64,000 nt of DNA from positions 50,780,001-50,844,000 of the forward strand of contig NC_086108.1 in the NCBI RefSeq assembly GCF_963921235.1, written 5' to 3'. The position numbers and the translations under genes are program-made. The stretch is from Mobula hypostoma (lineage: Eukaryota). Positions 1-11,268 of this stretch are shown in pieces; position 1 is the first letter of the stretch, and each line of letters begins with the position of its first letter. The notes beneath the pieces are model-generated. The model saw only the letters and a program-made list of their open reading frames with translations, was not told the DNA's origin and did not search any database.

Positions 1-146
1 GAGGAGAGTGGGAGAGAGGGAGGACAGAGGAAGAGACGAGAGGTAGAGAGAGGCATGTGGGAGACAAAGGGTGAGAAGGAGAGAGGGGGAGAGGGAGGGA
101 AGAGGGTGCGGAGACAGAGGGCAAAGGAAGGGGTAGTGGGTGGGGG
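1..146. repeat. Purine-rich (GA/GGA) low-complexity tract
   Basis: Almost entirely G and A with degenerate GAGA/GGGA units. Confidence 0.8.
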
Positions 147-250
147 ATCTCTGAAGGAATCATTGTGAATTTTATAGTTAGTGAAAAAATATTATCAAAT
201 GTTGATGAAAGGTAATGGAAAATGTAGGACAAATATCTCAGTTATCTTAC

Positions 251-1093
251 TGTCACAATGGGGGCGCTGGTAGCGGACCCAAATGCAAGACACAAACACC
301 TCTTGCGGTTAACTTAAATTGAGTTTATTGCTAGTTACAAGGAGAGCAAAGCAGAAGCTGGGATAGCGTAACGGACAAGGACTCAGGCCTAGGACTAGCC
401 AGGGACTAAGGGTCTGGGCTAGGACTCGGAATCACGGACCACCAGGGCCAGGACTTGAGACTTGGAGCTGCCGGGGCCGGGACTTGAGACTTGAAACCTC
501 CAGAGCCAGGACTTGAGACTTGGAGCCTCCGGAGCCAGGGACTCTTCTTATTCACGGGACAGACTCAGGCACAGGACATAAAACATAGAGCCGGGAATCC
601 TCCTTAGACACAGGATGGAGTCGGGACTCTTCTTGACACAGGGTCAGGACCCTTCCAGGGTACAGGGCCAGGACCCCTTTTAGACGCACGATATGGATAC
701 AGAGACCACACAACGATGGACAGAACTATAACCAGGCTCAAGTACGCTCCAAGCCGCGGCGAGCTCTAGACTCTCCCCAGCAGGTTAACTTAGACTGACC
801 CGTACTGCCAAGGGAAGGCGGCTTGCTGGCACTTGCTTCGGGAGGAGACTAGGCTTGCTCCGGCCAGGTGACGTTGGCTCGCAGTCCTTCAGTGACTTTG
901 TTAATGCTCTCGCGCTGAACGGCTGAAAGCCAGAGATGTATAAACTGCCGGTTCAGCTGAGAGTAAATTGCCTCCAATCACCAAGCCCGAGGGACACGAG
1001 AAAACAGGGAACCAAAGGGAAGCAGGAAGTCAACGGTCCGGATCGTAACACAAACAAAGTAAATTTAAAAGGACCTCGATCCGGACCATGACA
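251..1093 (-). mobile_element. Solo LTR (843 bp) with 5-bp TSD
   Basis: Termini TGTCA...TGACA are flanked by CTTAC at 246-250 and 1094-1098. AATAAA lies on the minus strand near 324-329. Internal ~29-bp tandem repeats (GGACTTGAGACTTG) at ~450-540. Confidence 0.85.
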
Positions 1094-1415
1094 CTTACTG
1101 GTTCATTGGGTTAGGTTGGTGCATGAAAAATATTTGTTCCTGTAAGAACATTGAAGCAACAAAATATTTTGCCTTGAGGGCTATTTGTCATACCAGATTG
1201 AACTCTGTGTTCTATTTTGTTCCCAGCTGAAATCCTGTAGAAATAAATGCTGCACTTTGTTAATTATTTTAATGTGTCAATACTATTAGAATCTTCTAGT
1301 TTCATATTTAATTATCAGTTGAGCACTGGGATAAAGGAAAACACATCATTGCATAAAGAATGTTATTATTTCAGAGGACCTGTCCTGGCCCCAGCACGTA
1401 AGTGCAATTATGAAG

Positions 1416-1935
1416 GGCCAGCATGGTAGCAGAGCTCTTTACAGTACCAGCAACCCGGGTTCACTTCCTGCCACTGCCTGTAAGGAGTTCATAGTCCAAA
1501 GACATACCGGTTGGTGGGTTAAATAAAAAGTCTGTCCCGAGCCTTATAGGCTCATCAGGCTGGTGCTTATGCCAGTTTCCGTGGTGTGAAGCGACTGAAC
1601 GTACAAGACTCCCCCTCGGATAGGACACCAGTCTATCGCGAGGTTAACCCCCAGCATTTTGCTGGTACCCATTTTCAGCTGAGTGGGCTAGAGAAATGCG
1701 TGGTTAAGTGCCTTGCTCAAGGACACAACACACTGCCTCGGCTGGGGCTCGAACTCACGACCTTCAGATCGCGAGTCCAATGCCTTAACCACTTGGCCGC
1801 GTGCCACACAGGTGCATTAATTAGTTATTGTAAATTGTTCTGTGATTAGGCTAGGGTTAAATTGTGGTTACTAGGAGGCACGACTCAAATGGCCAGAAGT
1901 GCCTACTGCATGCCGTATCTCAATAAATAAATAAG
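1416..1935 (+). mobile_element. tRNA-derived V-SINE-like element (HE1-like), interrupted by a second SINE
   Basis: tRNA-like head (…CCGGGTTCACTTCC), then GTCCAAAGACATACCGGTTGG. It resumes after ~1810 (…TAAATTGTTCTGTGATTAGGCTAGGGTTAAA) and ends in an AATAAATAAATAA tail. Matches the minus-strand copy at ~4190-4470. Confidence 0.6.
1523..1809 (-). mobile_element. tRNA-derived SINE nested in the V-SINE
   Basis: The minus strand starts GTGGCACGCGGCCAAGTGGTTAAGGC (A box), has GTTCGAGCC (B box), then the conserved SINE body motif GTTGTGTCCTTGAGCAAGGCACTT. Confidence 0.7.
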
Positions 1936-2624
1936 TAAGAAAGCATGGAAATACCTCTACTTCCTTAGGCCTTTGTGCAAACACAAAAAGAAAGAAAAAG
2001 ATAATAACAGTCTGTTGTTCTTTGCACACCAGTTGTCCGCCCTGTTGGGAGCCGTCTCTCACTGAGTCCATTATAATTATCGGATGTTGTTGAGCAGCTC
2101 GCCAAACGGGCTTATTAGATAAGCTTTAATATAGAGACCCTAGAACTTTTTTTCTATGTAACCAGTGCAAGATGAAGATAAAGTTTTGCTGAGCTTCATG
2201 GTATAGTTTTTAGTCGAAACTGTTCAAGGGGAAGCAAGACGTGAGCCAAACTCACCAAAGGCAAGAGGGAGGTATTGAGTGACACTCAGCAGGTTCAGAC
2301 TTGCCTCCTTCATTCATTTGGATTAGTTTAGTTCTTGAGGTTGAAGGGGAATTTCCAACTTTATTTCCCAATTGTCTTGGTTTTCCAGCGGATGTTCTTC
2401 TCCCTGAGGAGGTAACATTCATACACCCTGTGAATGGGAATATCAATGATTTGATTACAAGGAATTGCAGTTTGAGAAATGCTGGAAGGAAATACGGGCA
2501 TTTTTTTGTCCGGCTCAATTTGCATCTTTAAATACTAACATTTCCTCCATTCTTATTTTTCATTTCACTTTTTTCAATAATAATTTCTCACCTTGAGAGC
2601 ATACAACATAACAAGCCTAAGCTA

Positions 2625-3331
2625 AGGTACCGGTGACCCCTGTTTCCATCCAGGGGGTCAGTGTGGACATGGTGGAGGATTACAAGTACCTGGGAACATG
2701 AATTGACAATAAACTGGACTGGTCAAGGAGCACTGAGGCTGTCTACAAGAAGCATCAGAGCCGCCTCTATTTCCTGAGGAGACTGAAGTCCTTTAACATC
2801 TGTCGGATGATGCAGAGGATGTTCTACGAGTCTGTGGTGGCCAGTGCTATCATGTTTACTGTTGTGTGCTCGGGCAGCAGGCTGAGGGTAGCAGACACCA
2901 ACAGAATCAACAAACTCATTGGTAAGGCCAGTGATGTTGTGGGGATGGAACTAGACTCTCTGACGGTGGTGTCTGAAAAGAGGATGCTGTCCAAGTTGCA
3001 TGCCATCTTGGACAATGTCTCCCATCCACTACATAATGTACTGGGTGGGCACAGGAGTACATTCAGCCAGAGTCTCATTCCACCGAGATGCAACACAGAG
3101 CATCATAGGAAGTCATTCCTGCCTGTGGCCATCAAACTTTACAACTCCTCCCTTGGAGGGTCAGACACCCTGAGCCAATAGGCTGGTCCTGGACTTACTT
3201 CCTGGCATAATTTACATATTACTATTTAATTATTTATGGTTTATTACTACTTAATTATTTATGGTGCAACTGTAATGAAAACCAATTTCCCCCAGGATCA
3301 ATGAAGTATGACTATGACTACGACTATGACT
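2625..3331 (+). mobile_element. Rex1/Babar-like LINE, 3' fragment
   Basis: Post-RT C-terminal motifs (YKYLG…, RLYFLRRLKSF, HPLH, SFLPVAIKLYN) and a (TATGAC)n tail at ~3308-3331. Confidence 0.8.
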
Positions 3332-3588
3332 AAGCCTGTCTTTCATTAGTTTGAACCAAAAATCTTTTGCCTGTGAGTTGTGGTTTAGCTATATGTATTG
3401 TTGTAGAACTGCTTACATTTTACATTGAAATTATATTGATTAAGCCTTTTCCACTTGCAAAGCGAAAACTTTTCCTTTATAATTCAGTCTTCTGTTATCT
3501 AGGATCACTTTGTAGAAAGCACAGAAACAGAGGGAAGATTGCTCATCATCAATCCCACTCCAAGAAGATGATTGACAAATTGTAACTA

Positions 3589-3973
3589 CGAGGGGTGATT
3601 GATAAGTTTGTGGCTTAAGGTAGAAGGAGTCAATTTTAGAAAACCTAGCACATTTATTTTTCAACATAGGCCCCTCCTGCAGCTCTCGTTACATGCACGT
3701 GCAGTTCAACTCTTTGAGTGATTATACCAAGAGTTTGAAGTTAATAACTCATCTCCTTCTACCTTAGGCCACGAACTTATTAATCACCCCTGCTGTGGAC
3801 CACTTTCTGGATGTCCAAGAGGCCGACTTCTACAAAGAAGGGATCCGTATGTTCTATGATTGCTGGGCTAAGTGTGCAAATGTAGGAGGGGACTATGTTG
3901 AAAAATAAATGTGCTAGGTTTTCTATAATTGATGCCTTCTACCTTAGGCCACAAACGTATCAATCACCCCTCG
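3589..3973. mobile_element. Non-autonomous mariner (MITE), TA TSD
   Basis: TA|CGAGGGGTGATTGATAAG…ATCAATCACCCCTCG|TA with ~90-bp inverted arms. 3825-3908 translates as a mariner transposase C-terminus, DFYKEGIRMFYDCWAKCANVGGDYVEK*. Confidence 0.85.
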
Positions 3974-4189
3974 TATTTCCAAAGATTCTCTTTAATTTCA
4001 ACCTATCTTATAAGACTTTAACTTAACTATTTTAAAATGTCCAGAAGAAAATAACGTTTTCTGTTTGGTGGATTATTTATTTTCTCCTTAGTCAAAACAA
4101 TTCTTCCTAAGGTCACAAAACTTCCTACTTCAATGGAATTTTGGATAATAATCAAAATTTTTATTCCCATATGCTTTTGAACATGTTTT

Positions 4190-4470
4190 CTATTTCTATT
4201 TATTTTTGTTTTTTGAGAAAAAGAGTGAAATAGGTCCTTCTGACCCTTCGAGACACGCCACCCCAGCAACCCCCGATTTAACCCTAGACTAGTCACAGGA
4301 CAATTTACAATCACCAACCAACCTACCAACCAGTATGTCTTTGGACCTTGAGAGGAAACCGGAGCATACAGAGGAAACACAGGCGGTCACAAAGAGAATG
4401 TGCAAAATTCTTCCAGACAGCAGTAGGAATTGAACGTGGGTCTCTGGTGCTGTAAAGTGTTGTGCTAACC
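4190..4470 (-). mobile_element. V-SINE-like element (HE1-like)
   Basis: The minus strand contains TGCTCCGGTTTCCTC…GTCCAAAGACATACTGGTTGG, homologous to the SINE at 1416-1935. Confidence 0.7.
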
Positions 4471-4664
4471 ATTAAGCTGCAATAGCCTGTAGATTGTAGA
4501 ATCTAATCAAATACTAATCATGTTAGTTTCTCTGCTTTTGATACCATCCTCTCCTTTATAAAGTTTTTAAACCAATTAATTTCTGCTCTATACTATTAAA
4601 CACACTAAAATGGGAATCTAGGAAAAAAGTTGCTTCAACTGATTTCACACGTTATTGCTATATA

Positions 4665-5211
4665 CGAGGGGTGATTGATAAGTTCGTGGCCTAGGGTAGA
4701 AGGAGTCAATTTTAGAAAACCTACCACATTTATTTTTCAACATAGTCCCCTCCTACATTTACACACTTAGTCCAGCAGTTGTGGAGCATATGGATCTTGG
4801 ACCTCCAGAAAGTGTCCACAGCAGGGGTGATTGATAATCACTGATAATCACTCTTTGGGTGATTATGCAGAAAGTTTGAAGTTAATAACTCATCTCCTTT
4901 CACCTTAGGCCACGAACTTATCAATCACCTCTGATGAGTTATTAACTTCAAACTTTCTGCATAATCACTCAGAGTTGAACTGCACGTGCATGTAACGAGA
5001 GCTGTATAACTCATCTCCTTCTACCTTAGGCTACAAACTTATCAAACACTCCTGCTGTGGACACTTTCTGGAGGTCAAAGATCCATATGCTCCATGATCG
5101 TTGGACGAAGTGTGTAAATATAGGAGGGGACCATGTTGAAAAATAAATGTGCTAGGTTTTCTAAAATTGACTTCTTCTATCTTAGGCCACAAACTTATCA
5201 ATCACCCCTTG
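4665..5211. mobile_element. Non-autonomous mariner (MITE), same family as 3589-3973
   Basis: TA|CGAGGGGTGATTGATAAG…TTATCAATCACCCCTTG|TA with ~175-bp inverted arms and internal TIR copies. Confidence 0.85.
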
Positions 5212-5329
5212 TACGTCATAGAACTGAATGTAGGCATTTAAGCAAACAGCATGCTAATTCGTGACAGTGTATCACATGTGGAGGACTGTTTAAGGCTCTG
5301 GATAGTAGTGAGGGAAGAGGCGTAGGGGC

Positions 5330-6010
5330 CGGTGTAACAGTTAGCGTAGTTGTAAGGAGGGCACAGCTATGAGAATTAGAAGAGATGCAGGCAAGGGCTC
5401 CATCCAGAGCAATGTCGGGAGTGAAGGGGGATCTCTGCACTCTGGAAAAAGAGCTCATCCTGGATGTCCTGGCATGGAAGGCTTCATCATGAGAACAGAA
5501 GACGCAGAGACAGAAGACCTGAGAAAAGGGAATGGCATCATGCAAGCAATAGTATGGGAAAAGGTATCATCAAGGTATCAGTGCGAGTCAGTGGGTTTGT
5601 AGAAGATCTGTTTCCTGAAATGGAGACAGAGAGATCAAGAAAGGATAAAGGTGTCAAAGTAAATTTGAGTGCTGGGTTGAAGTTTTTGGTGTCGAAGCTC
5701 TGCATGGGTGCAGAAAGTAGCACCAATACAGCCCTCAGTGCAGTGGAGAAAGAGTTGGAGAATGTTGCTGGTGTAGGATTGGCACATTGATATCTCCATG
5801 TAATAATTGAAAAGGCAGGCATAATTAGGGCCCATGCAAGTGCACATGTCTACACCTTTGGTCTGAAGGAAATGGAAGGAGGCAAAAGGGATATTGTTGA
5901 GGGCAAATACCGGTTCAGCCAATGGAGGAGGGTGGTAGTGGAGGGAAGCCGGTTGGGTGAGTTATTTAGAAAGAAATGAAGAGCCCTGAGGCCTTCCTGA
6001 TGGGGGCATA
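5330..6010 (-). mobile_element. Penelope-like element RT relic
   Basis: The minus-strand translation QTKGVDMCTCMGPNYACLF resembles the PLE RT motif QxxGxAMGTxMGPxYAxLF. FTLTPLSFLDLSVSISG is also present. Frameshifted. Confidence 0.7.
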
Positions 6011-6514
6011 GAAGTGTAAAGGGAAATAAAATGTTTAGTTAAGACCTATTATTTTGACACAATACCTGCACTCAGTCCAGTATACTAGATCTAATCAGTC
6101 TGTGAAGGGGAAGAAGCACAGGACCAAAATCCACCTATGGAAAGCAATGTATGTGTTCAACACATACAAGTCCTTTGAATGTCAATTCATATTTTTGCTT
6201 GTGCTGCAATGAATAGCAAGAATGCAGCCAAACAGACTGGGCTAGAAAATTACCACAGATGGAAAATTATAAATGCCTAAAAAGTACTGAATGAAACCAT
6301 TCCTCTCCAAATCACACACCATCCAAATCTGCAAAATTATCCTTCCTCCATGATTGCTGAACCTTTATACTGGAATTCCTTCTCACAATAAGAATTACAG
6401 CTCAAGAAAGCAGCTCACACACAACCTCTCAGTTAACAATGGGTAATACCCTCAGGCTCTAATGGCCACATCATAAAAATAAGAAGAAAAAAAGTAGCAA
6501 GTTTCACTTACGGA

Positions 6515-6628
6515 GACACAAGAGATTTTGCAGATGATAGAAATCTTTGAGCAACACATAGAAAATGCTGGAGGAATCCAGCAGGTCAGCAGCATCTATG
6601 GAGGGGAATAAACACTTCATCAGGACAG
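6515..6628 (-). mobile_element. Penelope-like terminal repeat fragment
   Basis: AAAATGCTGGAGGAATCCAGCAGGTCAGCAGCATCTATGGAG is shared with 48700-48830 and, inverted, with 40820-40900. Confidence 0.6.
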
Positions 6629-9128
6629 GCTTCCTCTTTCAACTACTGAAGCTCTAAAGCTATGCCATGATGATCATAATGTGGTGAATTCTGGTGTATT
6701 GACCAAAAGGTAATAGTTAACGTAGAATGGCAGAGATTTTGAAAGGAATTATTGTCGGAGTAGCTTTGGAGAGTTGGAATTGTTCACCCAGTGCACCATA
6801 CTTCCTGCTAACAAGGTGGCCTTGCCATGAAAAGGATCAATGGTCATTGTTTCTGGATGCCAGGTCACCCATAAAGCCCAAGATTCACACTTAGGTGGTA
6901 TCTAAATGTGAGCTTCTTGTACAACTTGTGAGCTTAAAGCAGGTAGAAGAGCGACAACTATCCCTCACACTTCCAACTGGACAATGAGAAAGAGTTTTCA
7001 ATAAGTCAAAAACGGGCCGCATTTTGCAGTGTGCCCACCCCTTGCCCTATTGCTGTGCCGATATAGTTGTTGGCATTAACATGAGTGACCATGCATTTCA
7101 AACATGTAGAGTACATTGCTGGTAAAAGAGTAACTTGCCAGGGCCGACCACTTCATTATTCAGTACATCAGAATTCAGGCAGGTAATCCCCCAGACAATA
7201 AATGGATTTATGGACTATTGTATTTAAAAAGTTTGAAGATGTCATCATATCTTACTTGTCTTAACATATTCATGATTTAATACTTTCAAAATGAGAAATT
7301 CACAGCAGAGAAGACTGGAACAATGATTTCATCAGACTTGAAAGTAATTGCCTACATGCCTGGTGCATTACAAAGAATGAATAGTTTCACTGTTTCCTTT
7401 CTTCTCTCTTGTAGGTCCATTCATACAGAATATTATCAAAATATTTATGTACAAAGGCATGCTTATAAACAAACTATTTTATTATCAATCTGCATTATAA
7501 TGAACAATTCATATCCATGACATTTCTGATACATTGAGACCATTTGTCAGTTGTGCAGTAAATATAATACATACCTCCACATACCCAATCCTCAGAACTC
7601 AAACATCTTTACTCAAAGTACCAAATCATGAGATCAATCTGTGTAAGTTAGATAATGTATTTTTAGATTTGATGAAGGCATTAGGAGATGAAGGTGGGAT
7701 GGTGATGCAGCAGGTAGGATGGGATGGTGATGCAACTGTCTTACAACTTTAGGTTATGTCCTGTCCCCTGTCCCCTGTCACTGAATGTATGGAGTTTGTG
7801 TGTTCTCCCTGTGACCAAGTTAATGGAATTGTAGGGGCAATAGAATATGATTATTGTAGGATTAGTGCATTGTGTAAATGGGTTTGTAATCCTCACTGTG
7901 GACTTCATAGGCTAAAGGGATTGCTTCAATCTATGAATCACTCTAAAGGGTGCAGGAGATTAGAAAATTACTCCATAAGTGTATTGGTTTCGGAACTTAA
8001 CAGATGACTTCACTGCAAAATTGCTCTATCTGGTTTCCCCCTCAGGGCAGAAAACAGCACATGAGAAACATCATCTATTGCATCAACATTCTCCACCTGC
8101 AAGGTAAAAAACCTTTCCGGAGGAAAGCATTAAAGTGTGGAGAGCCTCTGGCATTTCTTGTACAATATAGTCAAGTCACTAAGTTAATGGTGAAGTCAGA
8201 GTTTCATTGTTAAATGTAATGACTGTAATATGTAACTATCCAACAGAAAGTGTGAGAAATTATTCAAAGCTTGGCTTATTTTGAATTTTGCTGAACTCCC
8301 GTTGCCTTGACAACCTGGTGGATGTTAACACAACACTGCACTGGATTCATGCCATAAACTATGACATAACATCTTCAACAGCCTTTCAGGCCTGAGACTC
8401 AGGTGCTGAAATATGGAGCAACAAAAATTCTTCTGGGGGAACTCATAGTGAGTTAAGCAACAATTGTGGGAGGAAAAGAATTGACCTCATTACAATAAAT
8501 TAGTGCAGTTTCAACCTAAAATGTCAGTAAGTCCTTTACTCCCACTGGTGATGCTTAACCTACTGAATTCCTCTAGTAAATTGCTTGTGGCAGTTCAAGC
8601 CTGCTGCCCATTGAATATGGTTTTGGCTAATCATCAGAACTCTCTTCCCTATGCCATCTGGTTCCTCAAATTCCTTAATCCCTCTGAGGCTTAGGAAAAC
8701 ATCCAATCCTTCCTTGAATGTATTTAATAATCTGACTTCAACTGCTGCACATTGGTTGAGAATTTCAGATATTTACCATTCACTGGGAGAAGAGGTTTAT
8801 TGTCATCTTAAAGGGTTAATATTTGGTCGTAAACCGTGACTCAAGTCTGGATTCCCACTCACATTACAATAAAGGCCAGCATAGTAATCCTAGAATTCAA
8901 CATACTTCACTGAAGAATGAGTGTACTATGACCCATTCAATTTTTTTGCTATGATATTTGTATTTTTAAAGCTGTGATTCTGAAACACCAATAAAATACA
9001 GCAAAGTATCTCTGTGGTCTCAGACACATGAATGGGTGGCATGGAAGATCGCAGAGAGGAAATGAGGCGAAAGTGCAGGAGGAATAATGCACCTAAGTAT
9101 GAATAGCTGACACTCTTACTTCTATCAA

Positions 9129-10012
9129 TTCAAAGATTCAAAGGACATTTATCATCAAAGTACTTATGCAGTATACAACCCTGAGATTTGTCTTTCCACA
9201 GACAGTCACCAAACAAAGAAAACCATGGAACCCATTCAACGAAAAACATCAACCTACCATGTGCAAAAAAAAACAAAAACAAATCACGCAAATGGCAACA
9301 CAAAAATGAATGAAGGACACAGAATAAAACTGAACATCAAAAAGAGTCCATATTCAGTTCAGCTCAGTTTATTATCTGCAGGCCGGCCCGATCAAACTCG
9401 CCCAAAATAGCATCAAAAAAAGGAGTGACCAGAAACCAGAAACACATCATAGCATGAACTACAGAGTCCAATCCGCAAACCATGTCACTTAAACTTTGCC
9501 CAAATCCCAGAACTCCGGCACCATCCTCTAACAGCATCGAGGGAGGGAGGGAGGGAGAAAGAGAGAGAGACAGAGAGAGAGAGAGAGACCATTTGAACGC
9601 AGGGACCTTCCTTCGGGTGCAGTGGGCATGAGGGAGAGTGAGACCTTCACATGCCGACACCTTCCTCTGGTGACAGCGAAATGAGGCTGGTAGATAGTGC
9701 TGAGCACCCTCTCACCTTGATGATTTCAATCTTCCTCAGTGCTTTAATCAACAAGAAATGGAGTCAATCATTATGGGCACACGCCCCGTCTCCAGGCTTC
9801 TTGGCCTTGAAGCCATTCAAAATCTCACAGAAACCTCTTGGAGAGAGCAAAGTGCCAGATCACACTGAAAGCACGTCACCAAAATGTAGATCTCAGGCTC
9901 TAGCAGTAGCAGAACCAGATTTGAAAGAAAAAAGTGTGAAAGAAGTGAAAAATGTAGTTTCGTGAACCATCCGGAGGACATCGTCCTTGGTCGTACGATT
10001 GGTAATGCCATC
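9129..10012 (-). mobile_element. Non-coding ~0.9-kb retroposon (non-autonomous LINE/SINE-like)
   Basis: Colinear with 20371-20996 plus 25918-26090. It has a (TTCAAAG)-like tail at the left end. Shorter 3'-end copies lie at ~12160-12325 and ~27255-27350. Confidence 0.65.
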
Positions 10013-10723
10013 CCAAAATATCCACTTTCCATTACTTTAAGATTTAAATTTTATTAGTATTAATACAATGTGCAGAATTGCATGCAGATACTCGGTAAAT
10101 TTGCTAATCTTCTTAGTCTTCCCCAGTTTGAAATAATGATAAGCTTCTTGCTGAGACAGACAGACAGACTATTAAAACAAGCTGACGCAAGTGAGTCCAA
10201 GTGTTTTATGTGATCTGTATCTTCTCTGCAAATGGTGTGGGAAGCCAAATTCTTTGTGTTAAACTATCAAATAACCTGACGTTTAAATTCACATACTCCA
10301 GAGATCCTGTTTTGTGTCTTGTGTTTCTGTGATATCATTCTGGAGGAACAAATTGTATCATTTCTTAATGCAGGCATTACTAAATGACAATAAAAGCGGA
10401 CTGCGTGTCCTCATAATCTAAAAAAAAGTAAATGTGATTAGACAACCTGAAGGAAATTCTTTGTAACTACTAGCTAATCAGCTATTGGCATGGAAAGAGG
10501 GGAAGGTGACTGAAGAGAAGTAATTTTAAGCAACCGTTGCAAAACACAAGGGCAAGTGATTGCAATTGGTCAAAGTCCCAGTTACAGAGGAAAATGGTTC
10601 AGTCCTGCAAATTAGTTCAGAACAAGTTTTTGAACGGATGTTATATATCACAACTCAGTACTTGATGCAACTGAAAGGGTTTTATTTTGTAACACATCCC
10701 AGCTGCTAAAGAAGCTTAATCTA

Positions 10724-11268
10724 CACTCCATCGTCATTTTATTAGATACTTATTACTGCAAATATCTGATCAGCCAATTGTGTGGCAGAAAATCAATGCA
10801 TAAATGCAAGTAGACCTGGTCAAGAGGTTCAGTTGTTGTTTAGCCCGAACTTCGGAAAGGGGGAAAAATGTGATCTAAGTGACTTTGGCCATGGAATGAT
10901 TGTTGATGCCAGACAGGGTGGTTTGACGATCTCAGAAACTGCTGATTTCCTCAGATTTCACGCACAAGAGTCTAGAATTTACAGACTATTGTACAAAAAT
11001 CATCCAGTGAGCGGTAGTTTTGTGGGTGAAAACATCTTGTCAATGAGAAGTCTAAAGAGAATGCCATACTGGTTCAAGCTGACAGGAAGGTGACACTAAC
11101 TCAAATTACCACGTGTTACAACAGTGGCGTGCAGAAGAGCATCTCTGAATGCACAAACCATTGAACGTTGAAGTGGATGGGCTACAGCAGCAGAAAACTG
11201 CATCGGGTTCCATACCGGAGGCCACTTTATTAGGTACGCTCTTGTACCTAATACAGTGGCCACTGGTG
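10724..11268 (+). mobile_element. Internally deleted Tc1-like DNA transposon
   Basis: TA-flanked with degenerate TIRs (CACTC…TTTATTAG / CTAATACAGTGGCCACTGGTG). The transposase N-terminal HTH remnant reads GKGEKCDLSDFGHGMIVDARQGGLTISETADFL. Confidence 0.75.

Noticed and set aside
430..700. CRISPR-like repeat/spacer appearance
   Set aside because: Eukaryotic context; the units are degenerate tandem repeats within a solo LTR, with no unique spacers or cas genes.
1375..1397. Plus-strand 23-nt microexon (TTTCAG…GTAAGT)
   Set aside because: Too short to distinguish from chance, and on the opposite strand to the other candidates.
1740..1809. tRNA gene
   Set aside because: A and B boxes are present but continue into a SINE body, and I could not build a complete cloverleaf.
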